Origin: an uncultured Bdellovibrionales bacterium
GTDB taxonomy: Bacteria; Bdellovibrionota_C; UBA2361; SZUA-149; CAYMWO01
NCBI GenBank assembly: GCA_964393905.1
Contig: CAYMWO010000002.1
Coordinates: 1 to 58,400 of the forward strand
Direction: 5' to 3'
Length of the DNA stretch: 58,400 nucleotides
Shown here: one piece after another, positions 18,691 through 27,564 of the stretch
Layout: the number at the start of each line of letters is the position of its first letter
Numbering within the stretch: position 1 is the stretch's first letter
Notes under the pieces: model-generated
Seen by the model: the letters and a program-made list of their open reading frames with translations, nothing else
What the model was told of the DNA's origin: nothing
Databases searched by the model: none
Translations under genes and position numbers: made by a program

Positions 18691-19803
18691 CTAGAGGAAA
18701 GAACCGAGGATTTCAGTAATCTTCTTCGAAGCGGTTCCATCCCCATAGGGATTGGCGACAGTTGCCAGCTGTTTTACATGAGTCGAAAGAAGCTTTCTCG
18801 CTAAAGACAAAAGCCCATCGGAATCTTCTAACGCCCCAAGAAAAGAGGTGCCCGCTGTCAGCCCTTCCGGACGCTCTGTGGTTTTTCTCGTGACAATTAC
18901 AGGTGTGTGAAAGGAAGGTGCCTCTTCCTGGATTCCACCCGAATCCGAGATAATTAAATCGCTCTCCTGGATAAGATGAATGAGAGTTGGGTAATCAACC
19001 GGCTCAACAAGATGAATGCGCTCCTTGCCTTGGAGAATCTCATGCACCGGGCCATAAATGTTTGGGTTTAGGTGAACCGGGAAAATTACCTCTACTTCTC
19101 GTTCTTCTCGCACTAAGGCCTCAATCGTCTGGCATAATACCTTGAGCGGCTTATCGAAATTCTCGCGTCTATGACCAGTCACTAACACCAATCGCTTCGC
19201 CGCGTTTGAGAGCTTCAATATCCCTGGTTCAACTTGAGCCTGGCCGCTAGCAAGCCGATTACTCATATCCAAAACTGCGTCTACCACGGTGTTTCCCACC
19301 ATAAAAACCCGTTCGGTGAGACCCTCCTGCCTTAGATTCTTCGCCGCAATGTCCGTTGGGCAAAAATGAAAGCTTGCCAGCTTACTGATTGCAGAGCGGT
19401 TCATCTCCTCCGGAAATGGAGAATAGAAATCGTAGGTGCGTAGGCCTGCCTCGACATGCCCGACGGGAATTTTTAGATGAAACGCCGAGAGCGCACCGCC
19501 CAATGCGGAGGTAGTGTCCCCCTGAACCAAAACGCAATCAGGCTTCTCGCTTATTAGAAGTGGTTCGAGCGATGTCAGTAGAGTTCCCAGAAGTCCATTC
19601 GGTGTCTGATTATCGCGCATTAGCCCAAGGTTCTTGTAGGGAGAAAGACCAAAGGAGGCGAAGGCCTGCATGGCAAGCTCTCGGTGTTGTCCCGAAGCGA
19701 TGATAAAAGGAGAAAACTTCCCGCTCGCTTTGAGCGCGTAGTATAACGGCGCGAACTTAATTACCTCGGGCCGTGTCCCTAAAATTAGAAAAACTTTTTT
19801 CAT
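18691..19803 (-). CDS. UDP-N-acetylglucosamine 2-epimerase family (WecB/NeuC-like; hydrolysing versus non-hydrolysing not decidable)
   Basis: 370 aa. It shows Epimerase_2 hallmarks: MKKVFLILGTRPEVIKFAPL, VQGDTTS and VEAGLRT. Confidence 0.85.
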   Translation of the reverse strand: MKKVFLILGTRPEVIKFAPLYYALKASGKFSPFIIASGQHRELAMQAFASFGLSPYKNLGLMRDNQTPNGLLGTLLTSLEPLLISEKPDCVLVQGDTTSALGGALSAFHLKIPVGHVEAGLRTYDFYSPFPEEMNRSAISKLASFHFCPTDIAAKNLRQEGLTERVFMVGNTVVDAVLDMSNRLASGQAQVEPGILKLSNAAKRLVLVTGHRRENFDKPLKVLCQTIEALVREEREVEVIFPVHLNPNIYGPVHEILQGKERIHLVEPVDYPTLIHLIQESDLIISDSGGIQEEAPSFHTPVIVTRKTTERPEGLTAGTSFLGALEDSDGLLSLARKLLSTHVKQLATVANPYGDGTASKKITEILGSFL

Positions 19804-19989
19804 TAGATTATTAAGACGCTAGCAACCCAAAAAAGGGAGCATAAAGACAAGCATTAGCAGCCCTTTAGCGCAGATAAACCTTAGTTGATGCCGCTATTAC
19901 TCTGCCCCTTTCAACTGGCCTTTTATAGGATTATTCGGTATTTGTTTCCAGCATCTGATGGATTTAGGGCGGATTTAAGGACAATCGGT

Positions 19990-20979
19990 ATGAAGAGTTT
20001 AGTGACGGGTGGTGCGGGGTTTATCGGAGCGCATATTGTGCGCGAGCTCCTTCAATTGGGGGACCAGGTTGTTGTGCTGGATGATTTAAGCGGAGGCTTT
20101 CGTGACAATGTTCCAGATGAGGCGACATTTGTGCAGGGGTCAATTCTAGACCACGCCTTAGTCAACAAGCTTTTCGCCGAACACGGTTTCGATCATGTCT
20201 ACCATCTGGCCGCATATGCCGCTGAGGGACTCAGCCATTTCATTAAACGCTTTAACTATCAGAACAATCTAATCGGGAGCGTTAACCTGATAAACGCCGC
20301 GGTGAACTATAAGGTAAAATGTTTTGTTTTTACCTCCTCTATCGCAGTTTACGGCGCCGGGCAGTTACCGATGCATGAGGATATGGTTCCGCAACCTGAA
20401 GACTCCTACGGAATCTCTAAATATGCCGTTGAAATGGAGCTTAAGTGTTCACACGAGATGTTCGGACTAAATTATGTAATCTTTCGCCCACATAATGTTT
20501 ACGGGGAGTTCCAGAATATCGGCGACAAGTATCGAAATGTTATTGGTATATTTATGAACCAGATTATGTCCGGGCAGCCGCTAACGGTCTTTGGTGACGG
20601 CACTCAGACCCGAGCCTTTAGCTATATCAAGGACTTCTCTGGAATCATCGCAAAGGCACCATTCAACCCCAAGACCTTCGGTGAAATTTTTAACGTTGGA
20701 GCTGATACACCTTATTCAGTGAACGATTTAGTGAAGGAGGTGGGAGAGGCTTTCGGAGTAACTCCTAAGGTGAACTACCTGCCGGAGCGGAATGAGGTGA
20801 AACACGCCTATTCCTCTCATGAGAAGGTACAGAAGTTCTTTCCACAGAGTTCAAATATCTCTCTTAAGGAAGGTATCAGAACCATGGCGGAGTGGGCCAA
20901 GGCACACGGCCCGAGAAAGAGTCAGGAGTTCGGCGAGATTGAAATTGAAGAAAACCTTCCCCCGAGCTGGAAAGCCTAG
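19990..20979 (+). CDS. NAD-dependent sugar-nucleotide epimerase/dehydratase (extended SDR)
   Basis: The ORF track starts at 19885. I prefer the in-frame ATG at 19990, which gives MKSLVTGGAGFIGAHIV (Rossmann GxxGxxG at the N-terminus). The YxxxK motif is SYGISKYAVE. Confidence 0.8.
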   Translation: MKSLVTGGAGFIGAHIVRELLQLGDQVVVLDDLSGGFRDNVPDEATFVQGSILDHALVNKLFAEHGFDHVYHLAAYAAEGLSHFIKRFNYQNNLIGSVNLINAAVNYKVKCFVFTSSIAVYGAGQLPMHEDMVPQPEDSYGISKYAVEMELKCSHEMFGLNYVIFRPHNVYGEFQNIGDKYRNVIGIFMNQIMSGQPLTVFGDGTQTRAFSYIKDFSGIIAKAPFNPKTFGEIFNVGADTPYSVNDLVKEVGEAFGVTPKVNYLPERNEVKHAYSSHEKVQKFFPQSSNISLKEGIRTMAEWAKAHGPRKSQEFGEIEIEENLPPSWKA

Positions 20980-20986
20980 TCGCTTC

Positions 20987-22096
20987 TTAGGAGAGATAGA
21001 TTGTCTCCCCCGGACGGTAGGTCGGGGTTTTTAACGCCTTCTTTATCTCCTCACCGTATTTTATTGCGTAGGACTCCTTGGTGAGTTCAATAATTTGCTG
21101 CTTTGCCAAATCCTTTTCGCCAATATAGGCCAGAGCGCCGGCGTGTTGGAGCTTTTGTCTAACGATGGAAGCCAGATCATTTCGCTCCCCCGCTTCGTAG
21201 CCTAGCTCTAAGAATATCTTATTAAAAAAATCTATGGACAATTTCTCGGCGAAGTCAGGGCAGCGTTCGTGAATTATTTTGGCGTCGAGGGGTTGAATCA
21301 AACGAAAAGCATAGGTGTAATCGACATAGGCCACGAGCTCAAAATACTCGCGAAACATCGCGATTATCACGGGTATCCAGAAGCAGGTAAACATTCCGTA
21401 GTCTTGGAAGATGAAATACGCCCCTGAGCTCGAGCATTTGCTCATCTCCATCAGAAAAAACTTAGTCGAGAACCAGGACTTGCAGCCATCGACAAACGCC
21501 ACGTCGAATTTGGTCTCAGGACTTAAGAATAGTGTGTTTGGCTGCGAGTAGACCTGCTCCGGAAGGTCTGGCAATACATTATCCGATGGACGCATCAGCG
21601 GCCAATAATCCTTCCCCTGATGAATGAAGTTGAAGATATCAAGAAAGCGGGAGTTATGCTGGCCGGTTTTTAATTGCTCCTTAATCTGTAAATCAAGCTC
21701 CCCTGTTTGGAAAAGCGGCTCCAGCATGTCGGCCAGCCCTGCACCATCGTAGTAACCGGTAAATTTATCGTAGGTATAAAACAGCGAACTTGGATTACGC
21801 TGCGGATTATCCAGCATTCCTTTAGCAATAGCGCGCGAGGTGCCGCCGAGAAACGGTCCAATTTCTATGATATTTCCCGAGCCACTCCAGATGTGTGCGA
21901 AGAAATTATAGAGGAATCTTCTTTCGTAAGGTGTGGTCTCAGACGGAATATTTAAAATATGCGACTCCAGACTTGGGCTTGGAGTGAGGGAGCCAAAAAG
22001 CTTTCCGAAAAGTTTAGGGGCAAGCTCGTAGCCGAGAGTTCCCTTAACCCCCGGGTCCAATAGGTAAGGGGTTAGCGCGCCAATAATGTCTTGCAT
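20987..22096 (-). CDS. Hypothetical protein, possibly a TylF/Methyltransf_24-like O-methyltransferase
   Basis: 369 aa. IIEIGPFLGGTSRAIAKG, YTYDKFTGYYD and DVAFVDGCKSWFSTKFFL resemble the TylF-type fold pattern. The evidence is weak. Confidence 0.35.
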   Translation of the reverse strand: MQDIIGALTPYLLDPGVKGTLGYELAPKLFGKLFGSLTPSPSLESHILNIPSETTPYERRFLYNFFAHIWSGSGNIIEIGPFLGGTSRAIAKGMLDNPQRNPSSLFYTYDKFTGYYDGAGLADMLEPLFQTGELDLQIKEQLKTGQHNSRFLDIFNFIHQGKDYWPLMRPSDNVLPDLPEQVYSQPNTLFLSPETKFDVAFVDGCKSWFSTKFFLMEMSKCSSSGAYFIFQDYGMFTCFWIPVIIAMFREYFELVAYVDYTYAFRLIQPLDAKIIHERCPDFAEKLSIDFFNKIFLELGYEAGERNDLASIVRQKLQHAGALAYIGEKDLAKQQIIELTKESYAIKYGEEIKKALKTPTYRPGETIYLS

Positions 22097-22376
22097 CTCA
22101 ACTTGCCTCTAGCCAAAATTACAGTGGAGCCGGGATATTCATAGGGCCCGTTTTGAGCCGAGCAGAGAACCCAAGCCCCCGTAACTTCAGACTCTTAACT
22201 ACCCATTTCGGATTCCCCTAAAGTGGGCTTTCTCCCATCTGTCGACATAATCCATGTCTATATCTGTCCGGTATTTCCCTTAATATTTGAGAGTATTTTT
22301 CCGGTTAAGAGTAAATCATAACTGGTCGATTACTATAGTGTTTCTCAGGCATTAGGTTTTTACAAAGGAAATTATC

Positions 22377-23195
22377 ATGCTACGTCTTCCGCGAGATATT
22401 CCTCAGGGGTTCAAAATTGCTCTTGAATCAACTGCCGAAACTTTTGGAGTCGAGAACGCCCTCAATAATTTGGGCTCCTCTGTTCTAGAGAACTTTGGGG
22501 CTAAGGATGTTCTGGTCATTTTCCGCCACGACGGAACGACCACGAAGCCGGAATATACCTGGGCTTCGTCGAAGCGAGTTGCGCTACCGCCTAATTTTTC
22601 TAAAGCCGCACCGAACGCTTGGATGTCTAGTGGCATAGATGAATACGCCACCCGGGACTTAAGCCGTCGCATGAGCGCTGTCTCGTATAGTGTGTTCTCT
22701 TGGCCCTATCCACATTTTGACGGTGGACAATGCACTCATAGTGCGTTCTTTAAGTTTCCTCGTGATTATACGCTTCTTGTTCCATTTTCATCCGAGATGC
22801 TTGTGACTTTGGATTCTGAGCCTAGATTTTTCGGCTACTTTGCTGTGATGTTTGACGGCTTTCCCGAATTTGTTGACGGGCTCGTCCAGTTAGTAATCTC
22901 CCTGCCGATGATCTCGGCGAGCGTTGTGGCAGCAGCACTGCGACAGGAGAGAGATTACAAAGATGTAATGGAAAAATTCGTTAATCAGATTCGTGAGAAG
23001 ACCTCAGAGGTAGCGGATATCCTGGATTGCATTAAGACCGGGCTCTCTTCGGATAAGGTAAGTGAGCTGGAGAAGATCGAATCCGTGCTCAAGCAGCTTG
23101 ATTTTGGAAGTAACAGTCAGCTAGTCGAACCGTGCGCGGCGACTCCGATGATCTCGGTTCCATCCAGAGTAAGGCTCCAGGCAGAGGAGATGTAG
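22377..23195 (+). CDS. Hypothetical protein (alpha/beta sensor-like N-terminal part, helical C-terminus)
   Basis: 272-aa ORF with an ATG start after a 280-bp intergenic region. Its stop lies 3 nt before the probable GTG start of the ATPase gene. I recognise no motif. Confidence 0.5.
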   Translation: MLRLPRDIPQGFKIALESTAETFGVENALNNLGSSVLENFGAKDVLVIFRHDGTTTKPEYTWASSKRVALPPNFSKAAPNAWMSSGIDEYATRDLSRRMSAVSYSVFSWPYPHFDGGQCTHSAFFKFPRDYTLLVPFSSEMLVTLDSEPRFFGYFAVMFDGFPEFVDGLVQLVISLPMISASVVAAALRQERDYKDVMEKFVNQIREKTSEVADILDCIKTGLSSDKVSELEKIESVLKQLDFGSNSQLVEPCAATPMISVPSRVRLQAEEM

Positions 23196-23197
23196 TA

Positions 23198-25438
23198 GTG
23201 ATAAGTGTCCCGGTGTCAGCGCTTCAGCCGCTTAGGGTAAGCTCCCCCGGGCTGGTTAAACTCATTCTTCGACTAAAGCTCGTAGATGAAGAAACCGCAC
23301 TGCGCGTGGGGAAGAATGCAGGGAACCGCAAACTTCTAGCCGCACTATCTGCTGCCGGAGTAATGGACGAGGATCTGGCTTTAGCGCAAATCAGTGCTAG
23401 CCTAGGCATTGATCTACTTGATAACGCAAAGCTAAAACAGCTCGGAGCGGACTCCGGAACGAAATACCTCGACCAGGTCGATAAGAAGTTCGTGCTTGAG
23501 AATCGCTGCCTCCCACTTACGGCAGATAACGGTCGGGTGCTCGTAGCAATGGCCGATCCACTGGATTTTGAAACCATCGGCCAATTAGAGTTTCTTTTAC
23601 AGACACAGTGTCAGGCGGCTCTCGCGTCCGAAGGATTGATTGTTCGCTTCGTCAACGAGAACTTCCCTGATGATACCAGCGACCTTGGCGATTTTGAACG
23701 GCTCGAGGCTGAACAGCTGACAAAAGCCGAGATTTACGCAGCCAAGATAGACGAGGAGACCTCAATTGAGCACGGCTCTAAGGCCGCTCCGATTATTAAG
23801 TTAGTTAATAAGATTTTAGTAGACGGCATTTCAGCAGGTGCGAGTGATATTCATCTTGAGCCGAATGAGAGCTCGCTAGAGGTTCGATTCCGGATAGATG
23901 GAATTATGCTTCATCAGCTATCAATTCCGCGGAAATTTCAACCTTACGTGCTTACGCGGGTAAAGATTCTTTCCGGGATGGACATTACGGAAAAGCGTAA
24001 GCCACAAGACGGACGGTTTCGTGCGAAGCCAAATGCCGACCTTTATCGGGATATCCGTGTTTCAGCCGTGCCGACCCCGCTTGGGGAGAAAATAGTACTT
24101 AGAATTCTAAATCCAGGGTTCGCCAAAGTAGATCTCTCCGGTTTAGATATGCCCGCGGAGCTGGCAAAAAAGATCGAGGGCTTGCTTGCCGGAACGGATA
24201 AGATTTTCTTAGTCACTGGACCGACTGGATCGGGCAAAACTACGACACTTTACGCCGCCTTGAATTTTATCAAACGCGGAACAACGAATATCATCACCAT
24301 TGAAGACCCAATTGAGTTTCGCTTAGAGGGCGTAACTCAGATTCAGGTAAACCCGAAAATCGATGTGACTTTCGCCAATGGTTTACGTTCTATTCTCCGA
24401 CAGGATCCGGATGTGATCTTTCTAGGAGAGATTAGAGATCTTGAGACCGCCGAAATCGCCTTTCAGGCGGCGCAGACCGGACACATGGTCCTCTCTACCC
24501 TACACACTAATACGGCAGCCTCCGCAGTCGTCCGCTTGGCCGACTTGGGACTTCAATCGTTTCTAATCGCCTCCTCAGTGAGCGGGATTCTAGCCCAAAG
24601 ACTTGCGCGGCGGGTATGTAAGAGTTGCGCGCGTGCTCCCAAACCAGAGGAGTTAGCGGAAATTTTAAGTAGGTCAAACCTTAAACCAGAAAAGCTGAGA
24701 GTCGGACAAGGCTGCGAACAGTGCGGGCATAGCGGTTATAAAGGGCGAATCGGGGTTTACTCCCTGTTGGAGATTACAAGCGATATCCGCCATGCCATCC
24801 GTGAGGGGAAAAGTGATGCTGAGCTAGAGCAAATTGCCAAGCGCCATGGAATGCACGACTTATTTAGCTCCGGGTTGCAGATGGTTGAGGCTGGAATTAC
24901 GACGCTCGATGAAATTGAGCGGGTTGTTGGACGACCTGAAGTATCAGAAGAGGTGGAGGTCGCGCCAGCGGTTTTGGTGACGGACACTCTTTCCCGCCCA
25001 ACGCGCAAACATCAAGGGAAGTCGATTGCCGGGCTAGCAAAAGAACTAGGGCATGGACCACAATCAGCCAGCGGTAGGCGTATCCTGATAATCGATGACG
25101 ATGAGGATGTGCGAAAGATCATGGCTGAGTCTTTTCGCGGTGCGGAATACGATGTTAAAGAGGCAGTCGATGGCGCTGACGGGCTAGAGCGAGTTCAGCA
25201 GTGGTTGCCCGACCTGGTGCTATGCGACTTAATGATGCCGAAAGTAGACGGCCGAGAGTTCCTACTTTCTGTTAGGGGTAACCCGAAAACCTCCTCCGTT
25301 CCGGTTATTATGTTAACCGGCTCCGACAATGAAGCCAACGAAATAGCCCTGCTAGAAGCCGGCGCTAATGACTTTATCAGCAAGGCTTCAAGCCCTGCGG
25401 TCGTAATCACCAGAGTGAAAAGAATTCTAGCAGTTTAG
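23198..25438 (+). CDS. GspE/PilB-family secretion ATPase with an N-terminal T2SSE_N-like domain and a fused C-terminal response-regulator receiver domain
   Basis: Walker A is VTGPTGSGKTTTLYA, the Asp/Walker B region is DPDVIFLGEIRD, and the His box is GHMVLSTLHTN. The tetracysteine site is CKSC...CEQC. The C-terminal REC has ILIIDDDED, LVLCDLMMPKVDG, PVIMLTG and FISKA. The track starts at the ATG at 23132, which overlaps the upstream ORF. The GTG at 23198 follows AGAGGAGA and the upstream stop. Confidence 0.85.
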   Translation: MISVPVSALQPLRVSSPGLVKLILRLKLVDEETALRVGKNAGNRKLLAALSAAGVMDEDLALAQISASLGIDLLDNAKLKQLGADSGTKYLDQVDKKFVLENRCLPLTADNGRVLVAMADPLDFETIGQLEFLLQTQCQAALASEGLIVRFVNENFPDDTSDLGDFERLEAEQLTKAEIYAAKIDEETSIEHGSKAAPIIKLVNKILVDGISAGASDIHLEPNESSLEVRFRIDGIMLHQLSIPRKFQPYVLTRVKILSGMDITEKRKPQDGRFRAKPNADLYRDIRVSAVPTPLGEKIVLRILNPGFAKVDLSGLDMPAELAKKIEGLLAGTDKIFLVTGPTGSGKTTTLYAALNFIKRGTTNIITIEDPIEFRLEGVTQIQVNPKIDVTFANGLRSILRQDPDVIFLGEIRDLETAEIAFQAAQTGHMVLSTLHTNTAASAVVRLADLGLQSFLIASSVSGILAQRLARRVCKSCARAPKPEELAEILSRSNLKPEKLRVGQGCEQCGHSGYKGRIGVYSLLEITSDIRHAIREGKSDAELEQIAKRHGMHDLFSSGLQMVEAGITTLDEIERVVGRPEVSEEVEVAPAVLVTDTLSRPTRKHQGKSIAGLAKELGHGPQSASGRRILIIDDDEDVRKIMAESFRGAEYDVKEAVDGADGLERVQQWLPDLVLCDLMMPKVDGREFLLSVRGNPKTSSVPVIMLTGSDNEANEIALLEAGANDFISKASSPAVVITRVKRILAV

Positions 25439-26367
25439 GCGGCTTCCTGTTTCTGCCACAGAATCTGCTTTATGTAGCGGGATTGGCGCACACCGAGAAT
25501 TTGTTCGACGGCCAAAATCACAGCCTGCCCTGGGTCGAGTTCTCTGCCGCACTCGGCTTCGAAGCTCACCATCTTTCCTGCATAGTGCGCGATATGAATT
25601 CCCTCTCGCACGGAGAAACGGTCATCGTTGCGGTGCGCAAGCTCGAGGAAATCCGCGACATAATCCAAGATGATGGGAGTAGTATGCGGCAGGTTATGTT
25701 CGAGAATCTTTCGCTCCTCTGAACGGTCCGGGAAGGCTAGGGTTATCTGCGGTTGAAGCCGGGATTGGATGTATTCCGGTAAATCGAAACAGCTCGCATC
25801 ATCATTCATTGTAGAGACGAAGCGGAAATTGCTATGTGCTCTAATCATTACACCAGCGGTTACAGATTCAATATAGCGGCGAGAATCCAATAGCGGCGCA
25901 AGTGCCGCCCAGGCCTTCTCTTGCATTCGGTTTCCTTCGTCAAACACTATCACCCCGCCGACAATCATCGCCGTCACGAGACTGCTTGCGACATATTCAA
26001 TACGGCTCTCTTCTTTGCCGGTTTCGATAATCACTGGGTTAATCAGCACATCGTTAGGCTTAGTGTCGGAGGTCGCTTGGAAGAAGTAGACAGGAAGGTC
26101 CACCATCTTCGCTGCACTATAGGCTAGCGCAGTCTTACCAACTCCGGGTTTGCCGATCAGCCGGGGGTTCATTGGGATATCTCCTGGGGCGGCGACATAC
26201 CAGGCTGATTTTAGTTGATTTAGGGCCTGTTTAGCCCCCACCCATTTGAAGCTTAACTCTAGTGGCCGGGCCAGGCGGATTTTCACCTCACCGATTGTGA
26301 CGTATTGCGCCTCAGTCGATCCGTCGACCCTTAAATCCTCCGCCCTAACCTCTTTACGCTCAGACAT
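25435..26367 (-). CDS. AAA+ ATPase, MoxR/AAA_5-like
   Basis: 310 aa. Walker A is LIGKPGVGKTALA and Walker B is GGVIVFDEGNRM. The size and layout are typical of MoxR/CbbQ/NorQ-type ATPases. Confidence 0.7.
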   Translation of the reverse strand: MSERKEVRAEDLRVDGSTEAQYVTIGEVKIRLARPLELSFKWVGAKQALNQLKSAWYVAAPGDIPMNPRLIGKPGVGKTALAYSAAKMVDLPVYFFQATSDTKPNDVLINPVIIETGKEESRIEYVASSLVTAMIVGGVIVFDEGNRMQEKAWAALAPLLDSRRYIESVTAGVMIRAHSNFRFVSTMNDDASCFDLPEYIQSRLQPQITLAFPDRSEERKILEHNLPHTTPIILDYVADFLELAHRNDDRFSVREGIHIAHYAGKMVSFEAECGRELDPGQAVILAVEQILGVRQSRYIKQILWQKQEAA

Positions 26368-26557
26368 TTGCTAACCCCGTAAAACCCCAAAGAATATCAA
26401 TTAGTTACGACTTCGAAAAGCTCCCCATCCTCAGACTCTAAATTGTTATGCGGTAGTTCAATTAAAACGATAACTCTAGATGTGACTTTTATTAACTGGC
26501 GGGGGTAGGTGGTAATCGCCCTTTGTTGGGTGGGCCGTAAAGCCGAGAGGGTTTTCT

Positions 26558-26905
26558 ATGCGTGAATTTTTATACTTCTTTTGGTTTCTATTGCCTTTGG
26601 CCTTCTTACTGATGGCAATTTGGGCGGTCATCAAGCGCTTCGCTAAAGTTCCCGGTCGCGAATATGCCAAGGAGTATCTAAACCAAGCTATGTTCTGTGG
26701 GATAGCGTTGGGTATCTCAATATGGATTGACCAAACAGTATTCGAGTCGGTAGTGGAAAGCACAATTGGAGAGTGGCTTGATATCGGAGTCGCGCGCTGG
26801 CTCCTCTATCCCGGAGTGTTGTTGTTAATGGGGTATTTGCAACAACTCTATCAAGCCAAGTTTGGCAAGAAATCGACTCATAAGCGGATGGGAAGTCGAC
26901 TGTAG
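26558..26905 (+). CDS. Small integral membrane protein (about 3 predicted TM helices), unknown function
   Basis: 115 aa. The ATG is preceded by GAGAGG. Hydrophobic segments are FLYFFWFLLPLAFLLMAIWAVI, AMFCGIALGISIWI and WLLYPGVLLLMGYL. Confidence 0.5.
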   Translation: MREFLYFFWFLLPLAFLLMAIWAVIKRFAKVPGREYAKEYLNQAMFCGIALGISIWIDQTVFESVVESTIGEWLDIGVARWLLYPGVLLLMGYLQQLYQAKFGKKSTHKRMGSRL

Positions 26906-26956
26906 CGAAATGACTGATCGAACCTACTCGGCTGATGCTTGATGTCGGCTCTTCTA

Positions 26957-27484
26957 CTATTCTCCAGGGCGCGGGGCGTATGAAGAGAGAATATCCTCGT
27001 GCTGTGTATCCTGTCCCGAGATGATCGGCTGTTTTGCGCGGTGAATATCACGTTGAAGTTTTATCAACGCATCTAGCACGCTCTCTGGTCGAGGAGGGCA
27101 GCCGGGGATATACATATCCACAGGAACTAGCTTATCTACCCCAGCGACAGTTGCGTAATTATCATAGAACCCACCCGAGGACGCGCATGCACCAAAGGCG
27201 ATAACCCACTTTGGCTCGGTCATCTGTTCGTAAACACGCATTAGTACCGGCGCCTGTTTGTGAGTAATTGTTCCCACCACCCAGAGGAGATCGGCCTGTC
27301 TGGGAGTAAAGCGCGGAAGAGCCGCGCCGAAACGGTCCGTATCATAATGAGAACAGCTAACAGCCATGAACTCCATGCCGCAGCAGGCGGTTACAAACGG
27401 ATAGGGGAATAGTGAATATTTACGACACCAACCAATGGCGGCATCGAGTTTAGTAGTGACAAAGCTTTCGTCAGACTTAAGCAT
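26957..27484 (-). CDS. nuoB: NADH-quinone oxidoreductase subunit B (NuoB / 20-kDa, N2 cluster-binding) homolog, stand-alone
   Basis: 175 aa. All four cluster-ligand contexts are present: TACCGMEFMA, GACASSGGFYDNY and IPGCPPRPE. No other nuo gene is adjacent. Confidence 0.8.
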   Translation of the reverse strand: MLKSDESFVTTKLDAAIGWCRKYSLFPYPFVTACCGMEFMAVSCSHYDTDRFGAALPRFTPRQADLLWVVGTITHKQAPVLMRVYEQMTEPKWVIAFGACASSGGFYDNYATVAGVDKLVPVDMYIPGCPPRPESVLDALIKLQRDIHRAKQPIISGQDTQHEDILSSYAPRPGE

Positions 27485-27564
27485 ATATTCCCCTTATTGA
27501 GTCCCGGCATTTTAGAACATTAGACGAAACCGTCAACAGGAGATTCGCTGACAAACTTAGGGGA

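Noticed and set aside
19885-19989. Long N-terminal extensions in the ORF track. They are 19885-19989, 32172-32228, 32936-33007, 42489-42545, 55022-55060, 55437-55565 and 37557-37595.
   Set aside because: The track takes the longest ORF. In each case an internal start places a conserved N-terminal motif (Rossmann loop, P-loop, L33 N-terminus or signal peptide) at the expected position, or removes an overlap with the upstream gene.
23132-23197. ATG at 23132 as the start of the GspE-REC gene.
   Set aside because: It would overlap the upstream 272-aa ORF by 64 nt and add a non-conserved leader. I prefer the GTG at 23198, which lies directly after the upstream stop and an AGAGGAGA RBS. This remains unproven.
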